64,000 bases of DNA from Candidatus Hydrothermales bacterium (GTDB taxonomy: Bacteria; Hydrothermota; Hydrothermia; Hydrothermales; JAJRUZ01), in assembly GCA_039630575.1 (NCBI GenBank), contig JBCNUW010000003.1, forward strand, positions 1 to 64,000. Direction: 5' to 3'. The position numbers were made by a program, and so were the translations under genes. Of the stretch, positions 1 through 10,281 are shown in pieces. Positions within the stretch are counted from its first letter, which is position 1, and each line of letters opens with the position of its first letter. The notes under the pieces were generated by a model that saw only the letters and a list, made by a program, of their open reading frames with translations, was not told the origin of the DNA and did no database searches.

Positions 1-738
1 GATTTTTTTGCTGGTTCAGGTACAACTGCTCATGCAGTGATGAAACTTAATAAAGAAGATGGTGGTAAAAGAAAATTCATTCTTGTAGAAATGGCTAATT
101 ATTTTGATACTGTAATCATACCAAGAATTAAAAAAGTTGCTTACTCTTTTAATTGGAAGGATGGTAAACCACAAGATATGGATGGAATTGGAGTTTTCTT
201 TAAATACCATTATCTTGAACAATTTGAAGATACCCTTGATAATATTGAATTTAAAGAACACAAGCAGGCACTTGAACTTTTCAAAGACGAATATCTTTTA
301 AAATACTTTCTTGATTTTGAAACAAGAGAAAGCCCGTATTTTTTAAATATTGAACAATTGAAAAATCCCTTTGCTTATAAATTAAAAGTAAATCTATCAG
401 AAGTGGGCGACCCCCAGGAAATGGCAGTTGACATCCCAGAGACATTCAATTATCTTTTAGGAGTAAAATTAAAAAAGATAAAGGCAAGATATAAGAATGG
501 AAGAAAATACCTCTTTACTCTTGGTGAAATAGAAGGTAAAAGCGTTGCCGTTGTCTGGAGAGAATATGATGAAAAATGGAAAGAAGAAGATTATAAAAAT
601 GATAAAGAATTTATCAATGAAGAATTGAATGATTGGAAACCACAGATAGTATATGTAAATGGTCAAAGTGTTTTAACAAACAAGGATTACGAACTAAGAT
701 ATATTGAACCTGAATTTAAAAAATTAATGGAGAGATAA
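1..738 (+). CDS. mod: Type III restriction-modification methyltransferase (Mod), 5'-truncated by window edge
   Basis: Frame is open from base 1 and reads DFFAGSGTTAHAV (SAM-binding motif I) then RKFILVEM; it abuts a Res-like helicase gene. Confidence 0.9.
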   Translation, partial: DFFAGSGTTAHAVMKLNKEDGGKRKFILVEMANYFDTVIIPRIKKVAYSFNWKDGKPQDMDGIGVFFKYHYLEQFEDTLDNIEFKEHKQALELFKDEYLLKYFLDFETRESPYFLNIEQLKNPFAYKLKVNLSEVGDPQEMAVDIPETFNYLLGVKLKKIKARYKNGRKYLFTLGEIEGKSVAVVWREYDEKWKEEDYKNDKEFINEELNDWKPQIVYVNGQSVLTNKDYELRYIEPEFKKLMER

Positions 739-3700
739 ATGAAAATTGAAAAATATCTCATCCTAAATAAATATCTTCTTTCATTATTTGGAGTTAATGA
801 ATTGAGAGAGTTACAAGAAAAGTTAAAAGATGCACAAGTAGGTATTGATAGTGATGGTAGAAGCCACTTTATAAATGTTTTACGATCCTTAGGAAATCTT
901 AAAATATCAGAAAGTGATCTTTTAAGATATGACCAAAATATTCAATCTTATGTGAAAAAGATCAATTTTAAAAGACAGCAGATTAATCTTAAATACTTTC
1001 AATATCTTGCAGTTTTGTTTACTGAAATTTTTCTGGATAATTTAAAAAATAAAAAGCTTGAGTTTTTATTTAATTTAAATCAGTTCCTTAAAGATTATAA
1101 AAAGGAAGAAGGTATAGATCTTATAGACCCTTTTACTGAAAGTGATTTTAAAAAACTTGCTTTTTGGATGGCTACAGGTTCAGGTAAAACTCTTATAATG
1201 CACATTAATTATTATCAGTTTTTTAAATATAATTTATTTTCTCCCGACAATATTATTTTAATCACTCCAAATGAGGGTCTTTCAAAACAACATTTTGAAG
1301 AATTAGAAAAAAGTGGAATACCTTGCAGACTTTATTCTGGAAGTTTTGATACAGAGTCTAAAAGGGATAAAGAAGTCCTAGTGATAGAAATAACTAAATT
1401 AGTTGAAGAAAAAAAGGGAAGTGGAGTAACTCTTCCGGTAGAAACATTCGAGGGCAAAAATCTTATCTTTGTAGATGAAGGACATAAAGGACAAGCAAGA
1501 GATAATAAAGAAGAGATGAAATGGAAGCGAAGGCGGGATTTACTTGCTGAAAAGGGATTCACCTTTGAATACAGTGCAACCTTTGGTCAAATTTTATCTG
1601 TTCCCTCTTCAAGAAGCAAAAACAAAAAAGCAAGTGATAATGTATTTGAAGAATATGCGAAGTCAATCATTTTTGATTATTCCTATAAATACTTTTATCT
1701 TGATGGCTATGGTAAAGATTTTTCTATTTTAAATGTTAAGGAAACCGGTATCTCCGAAAAAGAATTTCAAGAGGCAATGTTTTTAGCAAATTTACTATCC
1801 TTTTACGAACAAATTCTTATTTATGAAGAATATAAAGAAAAAGCAAGACAATATAATTTAGAAAAACCACTATGGATTTTTGTTGGAACGACTGTGATAA
1901 AAGAAAAAAAACGTTCTAAAAGAAATAGTGGCGAACTTAATGAAGAAGAGAAAGCAACGATTTCTGATGTAATTCAGATTATTGAGTTTATAAAAAAAGT
2001 GATTGAAAATGAGGAATGGGTGAATAATTGGATAGATAAGATTTTAAGATGCGATACTGGGTTAAAAGATGAAAGTGATAAAGATATATTTAGTGATAGA
2101 TTTTATTATCTTAGAAAGAACGAAATAAATATAAATAATCTTTACGAGCTCATTTTTTGTGGAAAGGGACGATTAAATTTATATGAACTTAAAAATGCAC
2201 AAGGTGAAATAGGATTAAAGATTGGAGAAAATCCATATTTTGGTGTTGTAAATATCGGTGATGTGGCAAGTTTAAAGAAACGGTTGGAGGAAAGGGGTAT
2301 TTCGGTTGAGCAAGATGTGATATCCGCTTCTCTTTTTGATGATATTAAGCGTGAAAATTCTAAAATTAATATACTTATTGGCTCAAAAAAATTTATAGAA
2401 GGTTGGGATACCTGGCGCGTCTCTTGTATGGGATTATTGAATATAGGTAGAGGGCAGGGTCCACAAATCATCCAATTATTTGGAAGAGGTGTAAGGCTCA
2501 AAGGGAAAGGGATGTCTTTAAAAAGAAGTGGCGAAAATTCTGAGATTCGTCTTTTAGAAACTCTTAATATCTATGGTATTAAGGCAGATTATTTAAATAA
2601 ATTTTTGGAAGCAATTAATAAAGAAGAAGTAGAACTTGAAACTATTAAAATACCTATACAGTATCAACACAGAGATAAATGGGAGACTCTTTATACCTTT
2701 TCTAAATCTGAAAAAAAGTTTGAAGAAAATATAATATTAAAACTAGAAATTGACGATAAAATCAGTTATACCGTAGATCTTTTACCAGAAGTTCAAGTGA
2801 CTCTCTCACAGGATAAAAGAGAGGAGGGAATAAAGGCAAAGGGAATAAAGTCTGAAGTAGTAAAAATAGGATATGATGATAATGTTGTTAATTTACTTGA
2901 TTGGCAAAAAATTTATCAGGAAATATATTATTTTAAAGTTCAAAAAGGATATTGGAATTTAGTTTTTGACACAGAGACTCTTAAAAAAATTCTCTTATCT
3001 AGTAGATATACACTTTTATGTTCACCTGAAATCTTTGAATTAAAAAATGCTTTTAATATTAAGAAACTGGAAGAAATTGCTATTTTGATTATAAAGAAAT
3101 ATTTAGACCTATTTTATAAAAAGAACTTGAGAAAGTTTGAAACAAAGGAATTGCGTTATGATAAGGTTAAACAATTACCTTTACCATTTGTTTCAGAAGA
3201 TGAACAAGGATATATAGTGCAGATAGACAAGAAAAAGAAAGATCTTATTAATAAGATAAGGAAGTTGACACAAGATTTAAATAAAATTTTAAAAGAGGAA
3301 TTTGAATCTCTACCAAGAATTTATTTTGATAGATCTCTTTATGTTCCGATATTACTTGAAAGTAAAAAAATAAACAAAATTTCCCCTCCGGGTTTAGTTG
3401 AAAGTGAAAAAAAGTTTGTAGAGGAGTTAAGAAAGTATTTGAGTGAAAATAGTAGCAGATTTTCAAGTGTGGAAATATATCTATTGAGGAATTTTTCTAA
3501 AATAGGTGTTGGTTTTCAATTAGAATGGTCTGGTTTTTATCCAGATTTTATTATGTGGATAAAAAGAGGGGAAAAACAAGTTATTATATTCATAGATCCT
3601 CACGGACTTGGACATGTAAAGTCCTTGAACAATGAAAAGATAGTTTTTGCGGGATTTAAACCCGCAGATTCAGATATAATTACTATAAAGGACATTGAAT

Positions 3701-3900
3701 TTGCTCTTAATAATAAAAATATCTCTATTGAATCATTTATCCTTTCTCCTACTAAATATGATGATCTTAGAAAGAGAGAAATTGATTTTCCATCAAAAGA
3801 GAAGTTCATACAACATCATGTCCTATTTTTAGAGGACAGTAACTGGCCTGAAGTTTTATTTAATACAGACTCAATAAAGGAAATTTTAAATTCAAAATAA
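739..3900 (+). CDS. res: Type III restriction endonuclease subunit (Res; SF2 helicase plus PD-(D/E)xK-type nuclease)
   Basis: MATGSGKT (Walker A), DEGH, YSAT, EGWD, QLFGRGVRL; C-terminal YPDF...IDPHG; starts immediately after the mod stop. Confidence 0.9.
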   Translation: MKIEKYLILNKYLLSLFGVNELRELQEKLKDAQVGIDSDGRSHFINVLRSLGNLKISESDLLRYDQNIQSYVKKINFKRQQINLKYFQYLAVLFTEIFLDNLKNKKLEFLFNLNQFLKDYKKEEGIDLIDPFTESDFKKLAFWMATGSGKTLIMHINYYQFFKYNLFSPDNIILITPNEGLSKQHFEELEKSGIPCRLYSGSFDTESKRDKEVLVIEITKLVEEKKGSGVTLPVETFEGKNLIFVDEGHKGQARDNKEEMKWKRRRDLLAEKGFTFEYSATFGQILSVPSSRSKNKKASDNVFEEYAKSIIFDYSYKYFYLDGYGKDFSILNVKETGISEKEFQEAMFLANLLSFYEQILIYEEYKEKARQYNLEKPLWIFVGTTVIKEKKRSKRNSGELNEEEKATISDVIQIIEFIKKVIENEEWVNNWIDKILRCDTGLKDESDKDIFSDRFYYLRKNEININNLYELIFCGKGRLNLYELKNAQGEIGLKIGENPYFGVVNIGDVASLKKRLEERGISVEQDVISASLFDDIKRENSKINILIGSKKFIEGWDTWRVSCMGLLNIGRGQGPQIIQLFGRGVRLKGKGMSLKRSGENSEIRLLETLNIYGIKADYLNKFLEAINKEEVELETIKIPIQYQHRDKWETLYTFSKSEKKFEENIILKLEIDDKISYTVDLLPEVQVTLSQDKREEGIKAKGIKSEVVKIGYDDNVVNLLDWQKIYQEIYYFKVQKGYWNLVFDTETLKKILLSSRYTLLCSPEIFELKNAFNIKKLEEIAILIIKKYLDLFYKKNLRKFETKELRYDKVKQLPLPFVSEDEQGYIVQIDKKKKDLINKIRKLTQDLNKILKEEFESLPRIYFDRSLYVPILLESKKINKISPPGLVESEKKFVEELRKYLSENSSRFSSVEIYLLRNFSKIGVGFQLEWSGFYPDFIMWIKRGEKQVIIFIDPHGLGHVKSLNNEKIVFAGFKPADSDIITIKDIEFALNNKNISIESFILSPTKYDDLRKREIDFPSKEKFIQHHVLFLEDSNWPEVLFNTDSIKEILNSK

Positions 3901-4196
3901 TCAAATAAAGATAAAAAATTAAGAAATTTTTGAATTTTTTTCCTTTACATAAAGTTTTGAATCATTTTCTAATATGTTTCATTTTTAAAAATTTTTGACA
4001 CTATGTACGTTATTCTAATCTCAACTTTAATTTTATCTTAGGCCTTTCCTAAAACTAATTTAATTAATAAATCTCTCTTTTTAAAATTTAAAAAATTGCA
4101 AAAGTTGTAATTAAAAAAATGACTTCTGTCTTGAAAGTTTTACAACCCAATAAAATAAATGATCTTTATTTAGCTTCAAAAATTAAAAAATTCTTT

Positions 4197-5279
4197 CTAC
4201 ATATTAATGGAAGAAGTTTTTCTGAAAAGAGCAGGTACCTCAAAATCTCCATTTTCATTAAATTCTTCGTAATTTTTGTCCTTAAAAGGTGTGAAAAAGC
4301 TCTCTCTTTTTTCAGGAACATCCGGTATACCTGAAGCAATAACAGTAACTTCAACCCTTCCCTCCATTTCGTCACAGTAATCAAATCCAGTTATAATCTC
4401 TGTATTTTCATTTTCTGTTTCATTAATTATAATATTCATTATTTCTTGGATTTCCCTCATTGTTAAATCGTTTCCTCCTACAATATTTAATAGAACTCCT
4501 TTGGCGTGTTTAATGCCATCACTATCAATAAGAGGCGAATGTATTGCATTCCAAGTTGCATCCTTAGCTCTCGAATCACCTTCTCCTATCCCTATACCCA
4601 TTACAGACTTTCCTCCATGTTTAAGTATACTTCTAATGTCGGCAAAATCTACATTTACATATTGGGGTTTTTGTATTATATTCACAATACCCTTAACAGC
4701 TTGGAATAATACTTCATCTACTTTTTTAAATCCTTCCTTTAATGATAAAGATTCGTTTCCATTTCTTAAAAGCCTATCATTTGGAATCACTATGTAGGAG
4801 TTAACATGTTTTTTTAATTCATTTAATGCTTCAATTGCCCTTCTTTGCCTTATAGGACCCTCCATAGAAAAGGGTAGTGTTACAACTGCTGATGTAAGTA
4901 TATTTAAATCCTCCCTACATAGCTTTGCAATAACTGGTATTCCACCACTTCCTGTACCCCCTCCAAGACCAGCTGCAAGGAATACCATATCAGCATCTTT
5001 CAATAAATTTTTTATCTCCTCAAGCGACTCTTCAGTAGCTCTTTTACCTATATCAGGATCACCTCCTGAACCTTGTCCTTTTGTAATGTTTTTTCCTAAT
5101 TGGATCTTGATATTAACTGGATTTCTATTAAGAGCCTGTATATCTGTATTCGAAACGATAAGCTCTAAATTTTCTATTCCTTTTTCACTCATGTATCTCA
5201 CAGCATTTGAACCTCCACCTCCTATCCCTAAAACTTTGATCTTTGTCTGTTTAACTCCACTTTCATGTAACTTTATCAT
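4197..5279 (-). CDS. ftsZ: Cell division protein FtsZ
   Basis: GIGGGGSNAV, GLGGGTGSG tubulin motif, NVDFAD, C-terminal DFEVPALFRK core. Confidence 0.98.
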   Translation of the reverse strand: MIKLHESGVKQTKIKVLGIGGGGSNAVRYMSEKGIENLELIVSNTDIQALNRNPVNIKIQLGKNITKGQGSGGDPDIGKRATEESLEEIKNLLKDADMVFLAAGLGGGTGSGGIPVIAKLCREDLNILTSAVVTLPFSMEGPIRQRRAIEALNELKKHVNSYIVIPNDRLLRNGNESLSLKEGFKKVDEVLFQAVKGIVNIIQKPQYVNVDFADIRSILKHGGKSVMGIGIGEGDSRAKDATWNAIHSPLIDSDGIKHAKGVLLNIVGGNDLTMREIQEIMNIIINETENENTEIITGFDYCDEMEGRVEVTVIASGIPDVPEKRESFFTPFKDKNYEEFNENGDFEVPALFRKTSSINM

Positions 5280-5300
5280 AATTATTCCCCTTTCTACATC

Positions 5301-5318
5301 TACGGATTTGAACCCATA
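5301..5318 (-). other. Hairpin with tRNA T-loop-like sequence between ftsA and ftsZ
   Basis: TATGGGTTCAAATCCGTA directly after the ftsA stop codon. Confidence 0.5.
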
Positions 5319-6560
5319 TTAAAAGTTATCAAAAAATTCTTTTATGTTTTTTAATATTCCTCTAGAAAAAATATTTCCTTGTTTTGCTTTATTATCGTCA
5401 TATTTTACAGTTCTTAAAATATAACCTAATTTCAAAGCACCTAAAGATGCTGAATAGGATGGATCTTGGGCTAAATCTTCGGATAATCCTCTGAAATTTT
5501 TAGGTTTTCCCACTATACATGGAAGATTAAATATACTTTCTGCAATTTCTGTAATCCCCTTCAATTTTGCTATACCTCCCACTAGAACAATTCCAGCTGA
5601 TAGTTTCTCCCAATTAATAACTTTATCTAAATGCCATTTTGCAAGCGAGATTAATTCATCAACCCTTGAGTAAATTGTCTCTTTTATCAGAGAAATCTTA
5701 AACTTTTTAGAGGGACGCTCACCTATCCCTTTTAACTCTATCTCTTCGTCTTCACCTTCACTTTCAATCCTGTTGAAAGATTCGAGAATCTCCTTTGCTG
5801 TTTTATTAGGTATTCTAAGAATCTTTATTAAATCATTGACTATAAGCTTTCCACCAAAAGAGAAAGAGTTTGCATAAAGTAAAGCTCCTTTACTCCATAC
5901 AGCCACATCTATTGTTCCCATACCAATATCCATAAGAAGAACACCCTGATTTATCTCCTCTTCTTCAAGAACAGCATAAGAAGAAGCGATGGGGGAGTAT
6001 ACAAAATTTTCAACTTCAAAATTACTCCTTTCAACCACTTTCTTTAATGTGCTTAAAACATTTTTTTTAGCTTTCAAGATGAATGTTTCAACTTCAAGTT
6101 TAGAACCAATCATACCTACTGGCTCCTTTATTCCCTTTAGATCGTCAACTATGTATTCATTTGGATGAATATAAATTATTGATTTTTCAAGTGTGTCTAC
6201 CCTCTGAATTGAAGTTTTTATAACTCTTATCCTATCATTTTCCTGTATTTCTCCATCTGAATCGTATACTTTAACAAACCCTTTTTCTATTTCACTCTCA
6301 ATGTAATTACCGTTTATTACCAAAATTAATTTTGTTTTTTTCTTAGGAACATCTCCCTTTAATTTGAATGCCTCCTCTACAGCCAATTTAATTGTGTTTG
6401 AAACTTTTTCAATGTTTTGAACCACTCCTGATTCAACTCCCTGTGATTCAATTTTAGGTGAATACCCTTCAACTTTAATTGTTTTATTCTCTACTATTCC
6501 AAAAACTGCTAAAACCTTTGAAGTTCCCAAATCAACACAAACAATTCTTTTGCTGTCCAT
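5319..6560 (-). CDS. ftsA: Cell division protein FtsA
   Basis: VDLGTSKV, MDIGMGTID and LVGGIAKLKG actin-fold motifs; directly upstream of ftsZ. Confidence 0.95.
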   Translation of the reverse strand: MDSKRIVCVDLGTSKVLAVFGIVENKTIKVEGYSPKIESQGVESGVVQNIEKVSNTIKLAVEEAFKLKGDVPKKKTKLILVINGNYIESEIEKGFVKVYDSDGEIQENDRIRVIKTSIQRVDTLEKSIIYIHPNEYIVDDLKGIKEPVGMIGSKLEVETFILKAKKNVLSTLKKVVERSNFEVENFVYSPIASSYAVLEEEEINQGVLLMDIGMGTIDVAVWSKGALLYANSFSFGGKLIVNDLIKILRIPNKTAKEILESFNRIESEGEDEEIELKGIGERPSKKFKISLIKETIYSRVDELISLAKWHLDKVINWEKLSAGIVLVGGIAKLKGITEIAESIFNLPCIVGKPKNFRGLSEDLAQDPSYSASLGALKLGYILRTVKYDDNKAKQGNIFSRGILKNIKEFFDNF

Positions 6561-6563
6561 TTT

Positions 6564-7043
6564 TCACCTCCCCTCTAAAAAAGACAAAACTTCTAAGTTC
6601 AATGTATCTTCAAACTCAATTAAATTTTTCAAATAATTAATTTTCTTGTCAAATCTGCCAAGACCAAATGTTATAAATTTTCCATCTATCGTATATATTG
6701 AAATTCTTATCGGTTCTACATATTTAATTTTCAAATAAAATTCAATATCTCTTTCTTTAATTAACTTCAATAATTCAGAAATAGGATAAAAAATTGAATT
6801 CATTTTGAAACTATCATGCTTAGTATTAAAATCTATTTTAACAATTTCTGGTAAATTCATCTTAGATAAACTGTCTATTATTTTCTTATCATCAATTTTT
6901 AAAAGGAAACCGTTAGAAGTTAAAAATAAATTTCTATCATATTTCGCTAAAATTTCACCATAATAATTTATATTAATTTCCTCATTTTTTTTAAAACCGA
7001 ATAAAAATAAAATTAAAAGAAAATACTTCCTTTTACCTCTCAT
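6564..7043 (-). CDS. Short FtsQ/DivIB-like protein (one TM segment, apparently no POTRA domain)
   Basis: Lies between murB and ftsA; ATG at 7043 has GGAGG upstream; basic N-terminus and TM segment, then a LFLTSNG...NLPEI segment resembling the FtsQ beta domain. Confidence 0.55.
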   Translation of the reverse strand: MRGKRKYFLLILFLFGFKKNEEININYYGEILAKYDRNLFLTSNGFLLKIDDKKIIDSLSKMNLPEIVKIDFNTKHDSFKMNSIFYPISELLKLIKERDIEFYLKIKYVEPIRISIYTIDGKFITFGLGRFDKKINYLKNLIEFEDTLNLEVLSFLEGR

Positions 7044-7917
7044 ATAAAATTTCCTCCAAGTATAAAATTTCTCTTTCAAGTAAAATTCCAAACTTTTCAT
7101 AGACTTTTTCCTGAACTATTTTTATAATCTCCTTTATATCCTTTGCTCTTGCATGTCCTTTGTTTATAATAAAATTGGCATGTTTTATCGATATTTCTGC
7201 TCCACCAACTCTAAGACCCTTAAGCCCTGCAAGCTCAATAAGTTTACCTGCAGGATACTCTTTTGATGGATTTTTGAATATACATCCAGCTGAAGGATAT
7301 TCAAGTGGTTGAGTTTGCCTTTTTTTACTTAAAATAGAGACAATTTCCTCCTCTATTTTATCCCTACTTTTTCTTTCAAGTTTAAAATAAGCACTTATTA
7401 TTAAACCCCCTTTATAACCTTTCCTGTATGAAAATTGAATTTCGCTTCTCTTTAATTTTTTAAATCCAGTTTTCTCGTATACAAAAATTTCTTCTAAGTA
7501 ATCTGATATATTTTTACCCATACTACCTAAATTCATACAAATCGCACCACCCACAGTTGCAGGTATACCAACAGTAAACTCAAGTCCTCCCATTTCCACT
7601 TCACTAAGCTTAGGAATTATTTTTGAAAACTTGACACCCGCATCAACTATTACACCATCATCAGTTAAAACAAATTCCTTTAAATTCCTTGTTGAAATTA
7701 TTAAAGCCTCAAAAAGTCCATCTGGAAGAAGTATATTTGAACCTCCCCCAATAAATGCATAGGGTATACCTCTTTTTTGTGCGAAGTTTATTACATATAA
7801 GATTTCCTCAATATCAGCTGGTTCGGCGTAAAACGAGCAAATCGATTCAATTTTTAATGAATTTTTGTTCTTTAAATTTACCCTCCTTTTTAAAATTCTA
7901 TTTACCAAGAATATCAT
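7033..7917 (-). CDS. murB: UDP-N-acetylenolpyruvoylglucosamine reductase
   Basis: IGGGSNIL, GIPATVGGAICMN, FSYR, SAGCIFKNP, KHANFIIN. Confidence 0.95.
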   Translation of the reverse strand: MIFLVNRILKRRVNLKNKNSLKIESICSFYAEPADIEEILYVINFAQKRGIPYAFIGGGSNILLPDGLFEALIISTRNLKEFVLTDDGVIVDAGVKFSKIIPKLSEVEMGGLEFTVGIPATVGGAICMNLGSMGKNISDYLEEIFVYEKTGFKKLKRSEIQFSYRKGYKGGLIISAYFKLERKSRDKIEEEIVSILSKKRQTQPLEYPSAGCIFKNPSKEYPAGKLIELAGLKGLRVGGAEISIKHANFIINKGHARAKDIKEIIKIVQEKVYEKFGILLEREILYLEEILYER

Positions 7918-9274
7918 TGTAAACCTCCTCTACGATTTTGTAAACATTTCCAGCACCAACTGAACATATAAGATCGTTCTCTTTAATTATTTTTTCTAAT
8001 TTTTCCTTTAGATTCTCCTCACCGTTTAAAACTTCTATATTTCTCTTTTTTAATTCATTAATAATAAGTTTATGTGTAACTCCCTTTATCTTTTTCTCTC
8101 CGGCAGGATATATAGGTAAAACTATTACAACATCTGAATTCGTTAAACTCTCTGCAATTTCTTTCCAAAGCAATTTAGTTCTTGAATATCTGTGAGGTTG
8201 AAATATAACAACTAACCTTCCGTCTTCCCAGAAATTACGAGCTGTTCTCAAAAATTCTTTTATTTCTGTCGGATGATGTGCATAATCATCAATCAAACCT
8301 ACTCCTTTTTTTATTCCTTTGAATTCAAATCTCCTTTTAACACCCTTAAATTCTGACAGTGTTCTTTTTACAATATAAAAAGGTATCTTTAAGAAGTGAG
8401 AAACTGATATAGTGGCTAACGCGTTATACACGTTATGAAGACCAGGTACATTCATTTCAAATTTACCTATTTGTTCTCCCTTCACACTAACTTCAAATTC
8501 ACTTCCCATCTTTTTAAGGACTACATTATATGCATAAACATCATTTGTTTTTTTTAAACCGTAACTTATTTTTTTTCTTTCAATCGGTTCTGCAAGTTTT
8601 TTTAAGTTTTTATCATCACCACAATAAATTATTGTCCCATAGAATGGCACCTTTAACATAAACTCCTTAAAGGCATTTTTAAGAGACTTCATAGTCTTGT
8701 AAGTATCAAGATGTTCCCTATCAATGTTTGTTATAACGCCTACACTTGGAAAGAGTTGTAAAAAGGATTTATCAGATTCATCTGCCTCAGTTACAAGAAA
8801 TTGTCCCCAACCAAATATTCCTCCAGTGTCTAATCCTCTTATTATTCCACCGACTATAATAGTTGGTTCTAAACCTGCGTCCTTTAAAAGATTTGATATC
8901 ATAGTTGTAGTAGTTGATTTTCCATGAGCTCCGGTAACACATATAGAGAACTTTATCTTCGTAAGTTCAGAAAGCATTTCAGCACGTCTTATCACTGGAA
9001 TTCCTTTTGATTTTGCTTCCCTAATTTCTACGTTTGAAGGGGGTATAGCAGATGAATAAACAACAAGATCTGAATTGTTTATGTTTTCTCTTTTGTGTTC
9101 ATAGAAAATTTTAATCCCAAGAAATTCAAGTCTCTGTGTGGTTTCACTTTTTTTAATATCACTTCCTGTTATTTCAAAACCCATGAGTTTTAATATTTCT
9201 GCAAGACCAGACATACCAGCACCTCCAATACCTACAAAGTGAATTCTTTTTATTCCTGTATGAATAAAGAGCAT
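7898..9274 (-). CDS. murC: UDP-N-acetylmuramate--L-alanine ligase
   Basis: HFVGIGGAGMSG, GAHGKSTTT, EADESD, DDYAHHPTE. Confidence 0.97.
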   Translation of the reverse strand: MLFIHTGIKRIHFVGIGGAGMSGLAEILKLMGFEITGSDIKKSETTQRLEFLGIKIFYEHKRENINNSDLVVYSSAIPPSNVEIREAKSKGIPVIRRAEMLSELTKIKFSICVTGAHGKSTTTTMISNLLKDAGLEPTIIVGGIIRGLDTGGIFGWGQFLVTEADESDKSFLQLFPSVGVITNIDREHLDTYKTMKSLKNAFKEFMLKVPFYGTIIYCGDDKNLKKLAEPIERKKISYGLKKTNDVYAYNVVLKKMGSEFEVSVKGEQIGKFEMNVPGLHNVYNALATISVSHFLKIPFYIVKRTLSEFKGVKRRFEFKGIKKGVGLIDDYAHHPTEIKEFLRTARNFWEDGRLVVIFQPHRYSRTKLLWKEIAESLTNSDVVIVLPIYPAGEKKIKGVTHKLIINELKKRNIEVLNGEENLKEKLEKIIKENDLICSVGAGNVYKIVEEVYNDILGK

Positions 9275-10281
9275 TTTTTCAACTCCCTTTTTAGCACTTC
9301 TTTCCAGTTTGGTAATTTTTTAAATTCTTCTTTTTCTTTAAATAGGTTATCTACTTCGCATTTTAAAAGATAAGGATTTATATTATCTTCCTTTATTAAT
9401 TTAAATGTTCCGTAATTTTTTGCAAATAGAGCGTTGTAGTATTGATGATTGTTCTTTGCATGGGGAAATGGAATGAAAATAGCCTTTTTTCTTAATTTTA
9501 ACATTTCAAAAACAGCACCTGATCCTGCCCTTGATATTACTATATCAGAAGCTGAGTAAAAAATTTCTATATCTTCTCTAAAGGGAAAAAGAAAGAAATT
9601 CTCACCTGCAAGTTTTTCAACATATTCATTAAAGAATTTACCAGCAATAACTAAAACTGTGTCATCTTGTAATTTTGAATATGAATAGGAAAGTTCTATA
9701 AGTTTTTTTGCTCCTTGACTACCACCTAAAAAAAGTAAAGTCCTTTTATTTTCAGGAATCTTAAGTAATTTTCGTGCTTCTATTTTTGAAATTTCTTTTA
9801 ACTCTCTTGTTGGATTCCCAAGAAATATACATTTCTTTTTTAAAAATTTTTCAGTTTCCCTAAAACTTATTAAAATTTTATGTGAGAATTTACTAAAAAT
9901 TTTTGTAACAAGACCTGGAATTGAATTCTGTTCAAATACAAAAATCTTCCTCCCAGTTATAAGGGCTGGTATAAAAAAGGGAAAAGAGGCGTAGCTTCCA
10001 AATATAAACATAAAATTGGGTTTTATTTTTAGGGTTAAATAAAAAGCAAAAATTGTACTTTTTAAAATCTTATAGAGGTTAAAAAGAAAAACCTTTAGAT
10101 TCTTTAGCTCAAGAGGAGCTGAGTCAAATCTATAGTTGTATGTTATAATTTTATTAAAATCAGTTTTGGGCGAAACAATTAAATAAGTTTTTATCTTCAA
10201 ATTTTCTAAAAAGTTTCTCACTTCTATAGCAGGAAAAATGTGACCACCAGTTCCGCCTGTGATTACGAAAACTTTGACCAT
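9250..10281 (-). CDS. murG: Lipid II N-acetylglucosaminyltransferase MurG
   Basis: GGTGGHIFP, EQNSIPG, GNP, GGSQGA, HQYYNA. Confidence 0.95.
   Translation of the reverse strand: MVKVFVITGGTGGHIFPAIEVRNFLENLKIKTYLIVSPKTDFNKIITYNYRFDSAPLELKNLKVFLFNLYKILKSTIFAFYLTLKIKPNFMFIFGSYASFPFFIPALITGRKIFVFEQNSIPGLVTKIFSKFSHKILISFRETEKFLKKKCIFLGNPTRELKEISKIEARKLLKIPENKRTLLFLGGSQGAKKLIELSYSYSKLQDDTVLVIAGKFFNEYVEKLAGENFFLFPFREDIEIFYSASDIVISRAGSGAVFEMLKLRKKAIFIPFPHAKNNHQYYNALFAKNYGTFKLIKEDNINPYLLKCEVDNLFKEKEEFKKLPNWKEVLKRELKKCSLFIQE

Noticed and set aside
3942..3969. Possible dif site (minus strand ...TTATGTAAAGG resembles a XerD arm)
   Set aside because: The would-be XerC arm (GAAAATGATTC) does not resemble known arms, and a one-arm match is expected by chance in AT-rich DNA.
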